Source: an uncultured cyanobacterium (GTDB lineage: Bacteria > Cyanobacteriota > Cyanobacteriia > Cyanobacteriales > CAWUOF01). From it: DNA of 64,000 nt. A model generated the notes under the pieces. That model was not told the DNA's origin. It saw only the letters and a program-made list of their open reading frames with translations, and did no database searches. Location: positions 2,784,001 to 2,848,000 of the forward strand of contig CAVUSO010000001.1 in NCBI GenBank assembly GCA_963744145.1. The letters are read 5' to 3'. The position numbers and the translations under genes are program-made. Of this stretch, positions 29,916-38,607 are shown piece after piece (positions within the stretch are counted from its first letter, which is position 1; every line of letters starts with the position of its first letter).

Positions 29916-30359
29916 CTACAAAATCGTCAAATAAGTTTCGGTTGGACTGATGGGTAAGGGTTTTAAAGTTTGATTCTTCAAGTCTATTTCTAACCCCAAA
30001 GATTCCAAAGGAATTACTCCTAAAAGAGCATCTCTCCCTCCTGGTAACTCTAAACACTCAAAGGTTCCTTCCCGCTCAAACATTGAGATTTTGGCATCTT
30101 GGAAAATTCGGGCTTTACCAATACCCATTGCTGTAGCTACGTCCACTTCTTTAAGGAGTTTCAGTCCCAGCTTGGCGATCGCATCTGCTGGTAAACACAA
30201 GGTTGTTGCTCCTGTATCTACTAAGACATTTTTGAGTGTGATTGAGCGAATTTGTTCTTGGGAAATTGTCCCATCTTCAGCTCTAATTTGGTCGGCTCGA
30301 TTAATAATTGTCAGCGTGGCAAAAACTTTTCCCATTTCTTGTTTACTTTGAATTGGCAT
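29916..30359 (-). CDS. Retropepsin-like aspartic protease (near-identical paralog of 16909-17352)
   Basis: LVDTGATTLCLP; only a few residues differ from copy A. Confidence 0.88.
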   Translation of the reverse strand: MPIQSKQEMGKVFATLTIINRADQIRAEDGTISQEQIRSITLKNVLVDTGATTLCLPADAIAKLGLKLLKEVDVATAMGIGKARIFQDAKISMFEREGTFECLELPGGRDALLGVIPLESLGLEIDLKNQTLKPLPISPTETYLTIL

Positions 30360-30860
30360 TGGTTACCTCCTCCTTAAGAGTTGGAGTTTTGTCTACTTTT
30401 ATTATAACTTCGCAACGGTTAGAAATGCGATCGCGGCGATGAGAAGACAGCTCTTTTCGGGTAGGTGAAGTCCAAAAAAACACCCCTTGACTTTTTTGTT
30501 TAATTGACATACTATATCATCATGGGAATCTGTGTCGCCCAATAATATCGGTTTTGGCAAGGTAAATTATACCAATTCCAGCTAAACTTCGAGCAACAAA
30601 CAAGGGTAAATATCAATTATTGAAAACAGGTGATTGGCGATCGCCACATTAGCAAAATCAAAACCACTCTAAGAACCAGTCCATTAATCGCGATCGACCA
30701 CCATCAACATAACATAAATATCGACTGTAGGGGCGAAGCATTCCGGCAGATCAATTAAAGGTTAAAACCAGCAAATTATGACCGGAATGCTTCGCCCTTC
30801 TTCTCTGGCTTCCTCATGATTACCCCTAAATAATTCAGAAATCATTATTTTTGTCAGATC

Positions 30861-33800
30861 TTAACGCAAACCAGAACAGATAAAAGCAGCCCAATAAAAA
30901 GGTGAGGCAAAGGGAAATTCTTGGCGGCATAAAATTTTCAGGTTTTGGGTTATTTGGTAAACCTTTTCGCCGATCTTATTCCACTCTTTATATTCTTCAT
31001 CCCATTGTTGATACTCAGGTGTTCCTTTAACTAATCTTTTGCGATTTTGATCAGCATTCTTGAGCTTTTCTGCTACTTGTTGCCGTTGCTTTTGTAAATA
31101 AGTTTCGAGTTCAGATTTGTACTCAGTATCTAGAGTTGTTCCTGGTAGGGTGCGAAGTTTGATTTGCGCTTGTTGGAGTGCTTCAGGACGATTTAAACCT
31201 TGTTGGCGATACTGATAATAAAAGATGGAAAATAAGGCAGTAGCTAAATCATCGACTGACCACAAGGTACTGACCACACTTCGCGCTCCAGCACATAAAA
31301 AGCCAGTTGATAATGATAAAATATCATCAGTAATCTGAGCTAAAGCGAGGTGCGTTTCGCAACAGGAAAGAAACAGATCAGAGAGATGAGGAAGTCGAAA
31401 ACCGGGGGTCATTATTTGACCTAAAGTAATATTACCATCGGCAAGTATGAGCCGGGATTCTAAGGGACTATCCAATCGTGATGAAGCGTGATGGCTCGAA
31501 TGTAATACTTGCACTTGTTTAGCCAGTTGGCGATAATTGCTCACGGTAGCTTGACTGCGACCTTTTAAGCGTTGATTTTCTGGAATCTGGTATAAATTAG
31601 CGATTTTTTCGCATTCAAATTCTACACTGGGTAATGTGCCATCGGGGTTTTCTACTAGACCATAATTAATTTTAGAAAGTTGGGGACGTTGTTGGCAATA
31701 TTGCAATATTTGACTACTGGGAACATAGCGAATGCGGAATTGATCACCTAAGTGTGGGGTTGAGATTATTTCACTTTCTCTGTGCAGAGAGTTACTTTGA
31801 ATGGGCAGAGTTAAAGGTAAGGCAGCGAAAGGAATTTGATGCCAAAATAGGTGCGGAATGATCATCAATTCCTCAATGTCACTTAGATAAGTTTTCACTA
31901 AGGTGGTGAGTTGCAGTTTTTCCGCTAATTGCTCCAAAAATTCCGAGATTTTTTCATACCAAGTTCTGTCTTTTTTCCTATTCTGGTAGGAAGTTAGCCA
32001 CTCGTCAATAACTAACTCGCGCAAAGTTTGATAGCCAAATCCTTTACAAGTATGTAATTGGGGTGATTGATCTTTGTAGATGATAAAAATGTGAGTGTCG
32101 TTGTGAGTAATAAAGAAATTGAGAATAGCTGTATGAGGTTGTTCGATCAGTTGCTGGATGGTGGCAAAATCTAGAGGTTCGACTTGAATTCCTCCAGCTA
32201 AAACCGGGTCTAAACGGCGGATTTGTTCCCAGACTTGTTGTTTTTGTGCTTCCAAGCTTTCGATATTTACAGTAACAGTTTCTACTACATCACGAGTGAG
32301 AGCAAAACTACCTTTATTGGTTTGCTCGTTCCTAGATTCAGAGTCACCTTGGAAACGTTTTCGTTCAGCATCAATTTGTGCTTGTAGATCATCGTATTGT
32401 TGCAAATATTCCTGCACTTGAAGAGGAATTTCACCTGCTGAGTAGAGGTCATTACTTGCCATTAAATCGACTAGACGTTTAGAACGCGATCGATCTACAT
32501 ATTCAATGGCTTTGTCAATGTTGCCGATATTGATGTAGGATTGAATAATGTTTTCATAAACGTAAATTGAGTCAGCTAAAATCTGTTGACGACTAGCATC
32601 AGTAGTTGACCAACTGCGGATTTTTTCGACAGCAATAATGGCTAATTCGTATCCCTCAATAGCAATATCCCACCAACCTTCTTTGAATGCCAGATCGCCG
32701 AGATTTCGGCCAGATTGGAGACAATCTAATGGTAGAGTGGTAGGAGTACGAAATTCTAAAGCTAATCGGAAACAACGAATCGCCGCATCAATATTCTCCG
32801 CCCGGTTCCCCGTGATTTTGAACCAGTAGGCATTTCCCAGATTATTTTGAGTCATAGCCCATTGTTCGGGGAAATCGGCCCGGGTTAAGACAGCTAAAGC
32901 CAGGTGATAAGCAGCGATCGCCGCATCAATATTCTCCCCCCGGTTCCCCGTGATTTTGGACCTGTAGGCAAGTCCCAGATTAGTTTGAGTATGTGCCCAA
33001 TATTCAGGGAAATCAGCCCGGGTTCTGACTTCTAAAGCCAGTTGAAAAGCAGCGATCGCCGCATCAATATTCTCCCCCCGGTTCCCCGTGATTTTGTCCC
33101 TGTAGGCATTTCCCAGATTATTTTGAGTATGTGCCCATTGTTCGGGGAAATCGGCCCGGGTTCTGACAGCTAAAGCCAGGTGATAAGCAGCGATCGCCGC
33201 ATCAATATTCTCCCCCCGGTTCCCCGTGATTTTGGACCTGTAGGCAAGTCCCAGATTATTTTGAGTTATGGCCCATTGTTCCGGGAAATCGGGCCGGGTT
33301 AAGACAGCTAAAGCCAGTTGAAAAGCAGCGATCGCCGCATCAAGATTCTCCGCCTGGTTCCCCGTGATTTTGAACCAGTAGGCATTTCCCAGATTATTTT
33401 GAGTCATAGCCCAGTCTTCGGGGAAATCGGCCCGGGTTCTGACTTCTAAAGCCAGTTGATAAGCAGCGATCGCCGCATCAATATTCTCCGCCCGGTTCCC
33501 CGTGATTTTGACACAGTAGGCATTTCCCAGATTATTTTGAGTCATAGCCCAGTCTTCGGGGAAATCGGCCCGGGTTAAGACAGCTAAAGCCAGTTGACAA
33601 GCAGTGATCGCCGCATCAATATTCTCCGCCCGGTTCCCCGTGATTTTGGACCTGTAGGCATTTCCCAGATTATTTTGAGTTGTTGCCCATTGTTCGGGGA
33701 AATCGGCCCGGGTTAAGACAGCTAAAGCCAGTTGATAAGCAGCGATCGCCGCATCAATATTCTCCGCTCGGTTCCCCGTGATTTTGTAATAGTAGGTATT

Positions 33801-34280
33801 TCCCAGATTATTTTGAGTTTTTGCCCAGTCTTGAGGAAATTTATCGGGAGTGAAAATAGTTAAAATTAATTCGTAACCAATTATCGCAATTTCTAGGTTA
33901 CTAGCCCTGTTTCCTAAAGGAAACTGTTGAATTAAATTACTGAAATTTCTAAAAACTCTTGCAATATATGGAGCTTGTTCTGGTGCAACTTGCGAGAGAA
34001 TATTTTTAGCCCAATTTGGATACAATTGAACTAAGGTCTGATTGAGTTTATCTCGGTTAGCAGCAATGATGGGATAGACGACTTGTGGGTTGCCATTACT
34101 TTTAGAAGTTGCTTGCAATACTTCACGCAAAAATATAGTATACTTTTCTGGTGATCCTCTGGATGAGGTATTGCCCAGATAAGCGGCTATTTGCTGTGCC
34201 AACTTAGTTAAAAATCTTGTGAGACACTCAAGTAAGGCTTGAATTAAATTGAGATAGTCTTGTCGGCGTTCTTTGTCCAT
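30861..34280 (-). CDS. TPR-repeat CHAT (caspase-like) protease, paralog B (8 near-identical 46-aa repeats)
   Basis: VLHSSHHA, LFLSCCET, GARSVVSTLWSV and YWAAF; same repeat unit as paralog A. Confidence 0.92.
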   Translation of the reverse strand: MDKERRQDYLNLIQALLECLTRFLTKLAQQIAAYLGNTSSRGSPEKYTIFLREVLQATSKSNGNPQVVYPIIAANRDKLNQTLVQLYPNWAKNILSQVAPEQAPYIARVFRNFSNLIQQFPLGNRASNLEIAIIGYELILTIFTPDKFPQDWAKTQNNLGNTYYYKITGNRAENIDAAIAAYQLALAVLTRADFPEQWATTQNNLGNAYRSKITGNRAENIDAAITACQLALAVLTRADFPEDWAMTQNNLGNAYCVKITGNRAENIDAAIAAYQLALEVRTRADFPEDWAMTQNNLGNAYWFKITGNQAENLDAAIAAFQLALAVLTRPDFPEQWAITQNNLGLAYRSKITGNRGENIDAAIAAYHLALAVRTRADFPEQWAHTQNNLGNAYRDKITGNRGENIDAAIAAFQLALEVRTRADFPEYWAHTQTNLGLAYRSKITGNRGENIDAAIAAYHLALAVLTRADFPEQWAMTQNNLGNAYWFKITGNRAENIDAAIRCFRLALEFRTPTTLPLDCLQSGRNLGDLAFKEGWWDIAIEGYELAIIAVEKIRSWSTTDASRQQILADSIYVYENIIQSYINIGNIDKAIEYVDRSRSKRLVDLMASNDLYSAGEIPLQVQEYLQQYDDLQAQIDAERKRFQGDSESRNEQTNKGSFALTRDVVETVTVNIESLEAQKQQVWEQIRRLDPVLAGGIQVEPLDFATIQQLIEQPHTAILNFFITHNDTHIFIIYKDQSPQLHTCKGFGYQTLRELVIDEWLTSYQNRKKDRTWYEKISEFLEQLAEKLQLTTLVKTYLSDIEELMIIPHLFWHQIPFAALPLTLPIQSNSLHRESEIISTPHLGDQFRIRYVPSSQILQYCQQRPQLSKINYGLVENPDGTLPSVEFECEKIANLYQIPENQRLKGRSQATVSNYRQLAKQVQVLHSSHHASSRLDSPLESRLILADGNITLGQIMTPGFRLPHLSDLFLSCCETHLALAQITDDILSLSTGFLCAGARSVVSTLWSVDDLATALFSIFYYQYRQQGLNRPEALQQAQIKLRTLPGTTLDTEYKSELETYLQKQRQQVAEKLKNADQNRKRLVKGTPEYQQWDEEYKEWNKIGEKVYQITQNLKILCRQEFPFASPFYWAAFICSGLR
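32739..33842 (-). repeat. Intragenic tandem array, 8 x 138 bp
   Basis: Eight NNLG/TNLG-containing 46-aa units in the translation. Confidence 0.95.
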
Positions 34281-34370
34281 TCTTATGTTTCCTTGTTCTA
34301 CTAAATAATTAAAATAAAAATTACTGCTTACTAAACTTTACAAACGGCAATCCTAACATTTACAATAATA

Positions 34371-34427
34371 GAAATGCGATCGCGGTCATTAGAAATACGA
34401 TCGCGGTAATTGGAAATGCGATCGCGG
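34371..34427. repeat. 21-bp tandem repeat (x3) built around HIP1
   Basis: GAAATGCGATCGCGGTCATTA / GAAATACGATCGCGGTAATTG / GAAATGCGATCGCGG. Confidence 0.8.
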
Positions 34428-34490
34428 ATAAAATTCGACTGCCCTTCGACTGCGCTCAGGGCACAGACAGGGCAAACTTAGAGAGGTCTA

Positions 34491-35309
34491 TTAATCTGAG
34501 TCATCATCACCCCAAATTTCATCTAACTTGTCTAGCAACTCTTCTGCTAAATCTTGCAGGTCACTTTTGTCGGAATCATCAAACTCTCCTTTATCCATAA
34601 TAGATGTTCCACCTCGGGAAACAAGACCTTTTTCTGTGGGTAGATAACTAGCTAAAAAATCCCCACCAGCATAGCGTCGCTCGTATTTGTCATGGGTGCG
34701 ATATATTCGTTCCAATTGAGCAGCAATCTCTGAAATTGGCTGATCTGCTAATCTTTCCCTCACTTTAATTGCTATTTCGTCCTCACTTTGCAAAAAAATC
34801 TGTGCTGATTCTAAGCGATCGATATAATCAATGAATGTTTCGATTGGTTGAAGACTAGCAATTTCTATTTCTTCTGGTGGTGCGTCTGGATCTATAGTTG
34901 GAGAAAATCCTAACAACTGCACTTCATGTACGGGTGTATCGCCATACGCCCCTTCTGGGAATTGAACACCAATATAGGCAATTCTATCTTCAGTTACCTC
35001 GATCGGTAGAGAAATAACAGTTTCTCCTGGTAAAACCGGACGACATTCTAATTTCCCCAAATTGGGAATCACCAAATCAGCTACATCCAGGATAGCGCGA
35101 ATCCCAGGATGCCAACTTTCACCTTGATTTAAGTCTGTGTCTATTTCCATCCACTCCAGAAAATTATGCACCATATAGACTGCCAAGGTGTTAAAATAAA
35201 CTCGTTTACCTTTTGCTGGGGTGGCTTGTTCTGAGGCAAATTTACGCGCTATTTCCTGATATTGTTGAGGAATAGCAATAGTTAGAAAGGAATTTTCTCT
35301 GGTATTCAT
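34491..35309 (-). CDS. DUF1822 family protein
   Basis: KGKRVYFNTLAVYMVHNFL, DVADLVIPNLGKLECRPV, EDRIAYIGVQF and VQLLGF. Confidence 0.88.
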   Translation of the reverse strand: MNTRENSFLTIAIPQQYQEIARKFASEQATPAKGKRVYFNTLAVYMVHNFLEWMEIDTDLNQGESWHPGIRAILDVADLVIPNLGKLECRPVLPGETVISLPIEVTEDRIAYIGVQFPEGAYGDTPVHEVQLLGFSPTIDPDAPPEEIEIASLQPIETFIDYIDRLESAQIFLQSEDEIAIKVRERLADQPISEIAAQLERIYRTHDKYERRYAGGDFLASYLPTEKGLVSRGGTSIMDKGEFDDSDKSDLQDLAEELLDKLDEIWGDDDSD

Positions 35310-35311
35310 TT

Positions 35312-36142
35312 TTATTGATCCTGTTGGTATCCAAAATTTTTAGCAATCTCTCTCAGAAGAGGTAAACATCTTCTTTTCCAGTGGGAATTGAGAGCTTGGT
35401 AGTTCACATTAAATTCCTTGGCAATATCAGATAGCTTGTCTGGTGGATCTTTTAATTGTAATCTTTTGGCTAGTTCTTGACAGTTAGCGTTAGGGTGTTC
35501 TCTAGGATGACAACTTTGCAGTTCTCCTTCTGGATCTTCCTCTATATACTGCCACAACCTTTGACCAATTTGTTGTGTTTCTTGTTTAATTAGCACATCT
35601 ATACCCGTGGGCTTTTCTGTCGGAACTGTACCTATATAAGTCTCTCCATTTTCACTGGGAAGAGGAACATCTAGAGACAAAGGCTGAATTTTAAAACGGC
35701 GGTAGAGATCAATGATTTTAAACTTGAGAATTTTATTGAACCACGTAACAAAATCTCTGATTATTTCCAAACTAGCATCATTGATATCCAAGTTTCTCTT
35801 TTGGACAAACTTACGGAGATGGCGATCGCTAATTTTTGCTTTTTCTTGATCGCTAATTTTTACTTTGTCTAAAGAAATAGCTTCGAGAGCATCATTGAAA
35901 GCCTCTTGGTAGTTAATTCGTTGGTCGGCTGAGTGGTATATACCTGGAAGTTGCGGGATCAGCGTTAATAGCCCATTCATAGCCTGGTTTTGCTCTGGAC
36001 TACCATTTTGATAGGTAAGCACCTCTTCAATCCGTTGGCGGAGTTGTTCATTCATGCGAGCATTTATGAAAAAAGGTATGCTTTCCATATTATCAAGAAA
36101 GCATCCCTCACTTGCGACTTTACCCATTTTCTTAAGCTGCAT
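35312..36142 (-). CDS. Cyanobacterial sigma-70/ECF-like protein (start may be at about 36055)
   Basis: FVTWFNKILKFKIIDLYR, IEEDPEGELQSCH, and the HTH LSDIAKEFNVNYQALNSHWKRRCLPLL; the type commonly paired with DUF1822. Confidence 0.78.
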   Translation of the reverse strand: MQLKKMGKVASEGCFLDNMESIPFFINARMNEQLRQRIEEVLTYQNGSPEQNQAMNGLLTLIPQLPGIYHSADQRINYQEAFNDALEAISLDKVKISDQEKAKISDRHLRKFVQKRNLDINDASLEIIRDFVTWFNKILKFKIIDLYRRFKIQPLSLDVPLPSENGETYIGTVPTEKPTGIDVLIKQETQQIGQRLWQYIEEDPEGELQSCHPREHPNANCQELAKRLQLKDPPDKLSDIAKEFNVNYQALNSHWKRRCLPLLREIAKNFGYQQDQ

Positions 36143-36428
36143 CGCCTAAATCGCCTCCAGGTTGCTGATTTTCCTCTTTCCAGTTGCGATTCCCTTCCTC
36201 ATACGGTTGCTGGGCTGCAATTAGATCCTGCTCACATTGTTTAATTTGCGTCCCATAACGGTAAGCGATCATCTTTAAATCTTCTGTTAAAACCTCTTCC
36301 AACTCAGCACTCTGATCTTGGACCCATTGCTGACGTACTGATGGGACAAGATGTGGCCAGCGATCGACCATTTGCCAGAGATAAAGTTGATATTCATCAT
36401 TATGATCAGACTGGTTGAAATTCATCAT
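36132..36428 (-). CDS. Hypothetical protein heading the sigma/DUF1822/CHAT cluster
   Basis: 98-aa ORF on the same strand, directly upstream of the sigma-like gene. Confidence 0.5.
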   Translation of the reverse strand: MMNFNQSDHNDEYQLYLWQMVDRWPHLVPSVRQQWVQDQSAELEEVLTEDLKMIAYRYGTQIKQCEQDLIAAQQPYEEGNRNWKEENQQPGGDLGDAA

Positions 36429-36515
36429 TGCTTGGGTTGTTTTGTGCTTACAACCTTTAGTCGTTCAAGTGGTGAGAAATTATGCAACTTTTTTTTGAAT
36501 GTGGGACAGGATGCC

Positions 36516-36561
36516 CTATAGTTCAGTTAAGAGTATTTTGGGGGATATGGGCGAAGAAGAG
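36516..36561. mobile_element. Half copy (left end) of the 45789-45922 MITE
   Basis: CTATAGTTCAGTTAAGAGTATTTTGGGGGATATGGGCGAAGAAG versus ATACAGTTCAGTTAAGAATATTTTTGGGGATATCGGCAGAAGAAG. Confidence 0.6.
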
Positions 36562-36732
36562 TTTACCCGCTCGCGGAATCAAAGGGTAGTTGAATGGGGC
36601 GATCGCGTAGCGTACCGTAGACATCAGCATTCGGATTTAACATTACAACGGATTCGGTGGTTCATGAAGTACAGTAAGATTTGGCACGAATAGCGATAAG
36701 TTAAAGTTAATTGTGATTGATCTGTGTTGGTT

Positions 36733-36975
36733 GGGCGGGTTTATGATGTTGATCTATTTGTGTCAGAATTAACTGGTGAACCCGCCCCTACAAATCCTGG
36801 TTTATTGTCATCATAAATTCATTGACAATACATTTTTATGATCTCGTAGGGGCGGGTTCACCGCTGAATTTGCCACACACAAATAACTCTTGTGCCGAGC
36901 GCTTGCCCTGAGTTTATCCTGAGCGTAGCCGAAGGGCGTAGTCGAAGGGTAGTCGAGGTATTGATGAACCCGCCC
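36733..36975. repeat. Cluster of REP-like inverted repeats
   Basis: GGGCGGGTTT...AACCCGCCCCTAC and GTAGGGGCGGGTTCA...TGAACCCGCCC, with a nested CCTGAGCGTAGCCGAAGG repeat; a related repeat is at about 34434-34475. Confidence 0.75.
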
Positions 36976-37155
36976 TGCCTCACAGATCACCTTGATGAAC
37001 TCTTGTGTCGAGCCTAATCGAGACATCACTCATCTGGCATTACAGACAATATTGCTATACTTCATAAACAGGTCATAGGTTGTAAACCCGCTCAACCAAA
37101 CGAGATAACTGACTGTACTTCATCAACGGGTCATCCGCTGTAACTGACCTGAAAA

Positions 37156-38607
37156 TTACCCATTTTTTACATCAACATAAATATATTTACCATACTGTTT
37201 AAATTCATCATCTTTATCCAATAAATTTCGGATAGCTTGACGAAGTTCTTTAGCTGGTAATAGACAATCACGCTCGTAATCACTTAAGGTTAAATTCAGA
37301 TCAGGGTACAAAATCTTGAGAAAACCTGCGGCTGATTTAATAATAGCATTTTCATCTCGAATATTGACTGTCTTTTTATCAAAATTAGTATGTTCGATCG
37401 CATATTGTTTAAATTGATTTTCTTGGCGTAAAGATAGCAAGACTTCACCAAAAAAATCCATCTTCAATCCAATTTGAGATGCGATCATATCTTTCTGGAA
37501 TTTGGGAATTTTCCATCCAGGGATAATTCCAGCAAAGCGATCTAAAAAAGCTGTTTCATCCAAAAATTTAGGCAGTGTGGAAAGTAAATTGTTTTCATTA
37601 AAGGGGAGTAGCTGTTCGTTTAATTCGATATTAGCGAGCATGACAAAAGAGCAGTCACTCGCAATATCTTCATATCCTCCCCGATTATAACGACCATTAG
37701 CAAGATAATTTTTTAGTGGACCAATCATTTCACTGGGGTTGTCAAACCTCAGACTCTGAACTTCATCTAGAATTACTGCATCATAACATCCTAGTAAACC
37801 TGTTTCTTTGGTTTTACCATTAAAAAAAAGTACCGCTGGTCCAATTTTTCCGCCACTTACCAATTTGATTTTGTTACTGATATTTTCAAAAAAAAAGCTT
37901 TTACCTGTTCCTTTGGGAGCTAACTCCCAAAGATGGTAATTTGGTTCTACTAATGGTAATAGTCGAGCTAGCACCCAGGTTTTTGCGTCGTAAGTATAAT
38001 CGGGATGCTCTGGATTAAAACCCATTGAACAAAATATTAAATCTCGCCATTCTTCACTACGGAAACGTGAGCGATAATTCGCATATTCTTTCAAATCTAC
38101 ACTAGAACATTGGAATGGATCAAAATCCATTACTTGGATTTTGCCATCATTGTTCATAGTTAAACTTATTTTGCCCCAAATCCCTTGACGGAGTAACCGT
38201 TCATAACGTTCAACTAGATCCTTAGAAATCCGACAGTCATCAAAACTTAAAATAGGAATAGATGCTACGGGTTCGGGAATTTCTTCTTTGGATTTTTGTA
38301 ATTTTACTCGAACTTGCATTGCGGCAATTATTTTAATTACTTCTCCCTGGGTTAGACGGTATTTGAAAACTTCTTTATCGTTTTTGCGTGGGAAAGCTTT
38401 TTGAATAAAATTATCTATTTTTTCCTGTTCATTTGGGCTGAGTTTCCCAGTTCCTGGTACAATTTTATCGAGTAGCCATTCAGCTACGAAACTTGGTACT
38501 CCCGTAGCTGTTAGACCACTAGAAGGTAAGCGAGTTTTATCTATACTCAGAGAGCCAAAAACATCGCGAACAAGAGTGTTGTTATATATTGATTCAGGTA
38601 AATTCAT
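37156..38607 (-). CDS. brxL: BREX BrxL-like AAA+ protein (no C-terminal Lon protease domain)
   Basis: VPSFVAEWLL, RLLPLVEPNY, Walker A ELAPKGTGKS, Walker B VILDEVQ and AFLDRFAGIIPGWKIPK; 483 aa. Confidence 0.85.
   Translation of the reverse strand: MNLPESIYNNTLVRDVFGSLSIDKTRLPSSGLTATGVPSFVAEWLLDKIVPGTGKLSPNEQEKIDNFIQKAFPRKNDKEVFKYRLTQGEVIKIIAAMQVRVKLQKSKEEIPEPVASIPILSFDDCRISKDLVERYERLLRQGIWGKISLTMNNDGKIQVMDFDPFQCSSVDLKEYANYRSRFRSEEWRDLIFCSMGFNPEHPDYTYDAKTWVLARLLPLVEPNYHLWELAPKGTGKSFFFENISNKIKLVSGGKIGPAVLFFNGKTKETGLLGCYDAVILDEVQSLRFDNPSEMIGPLKNYLANGRYNRGGYEDIASDCSFVMLANIELNEQLLPFNENNLLSTLPKFLDETAFLDRFAGIIPGWKIPKFQKDMIASQIGLKMDFFGEVLLSLRQENQFKQYAIEHTNFDKKTVNIRDENAIIKSAAGFLKILYPDLNLTLSDYERDCLLPAKELRQAIRNLLDKDDEFKQYGKYIYVDVKNG

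Noticed and set aside
36499..37029. Short ORFs 36499-36693 and 36811-37029
   Set aside because: They are made up largely of MITE/REP-like repeat sequence.
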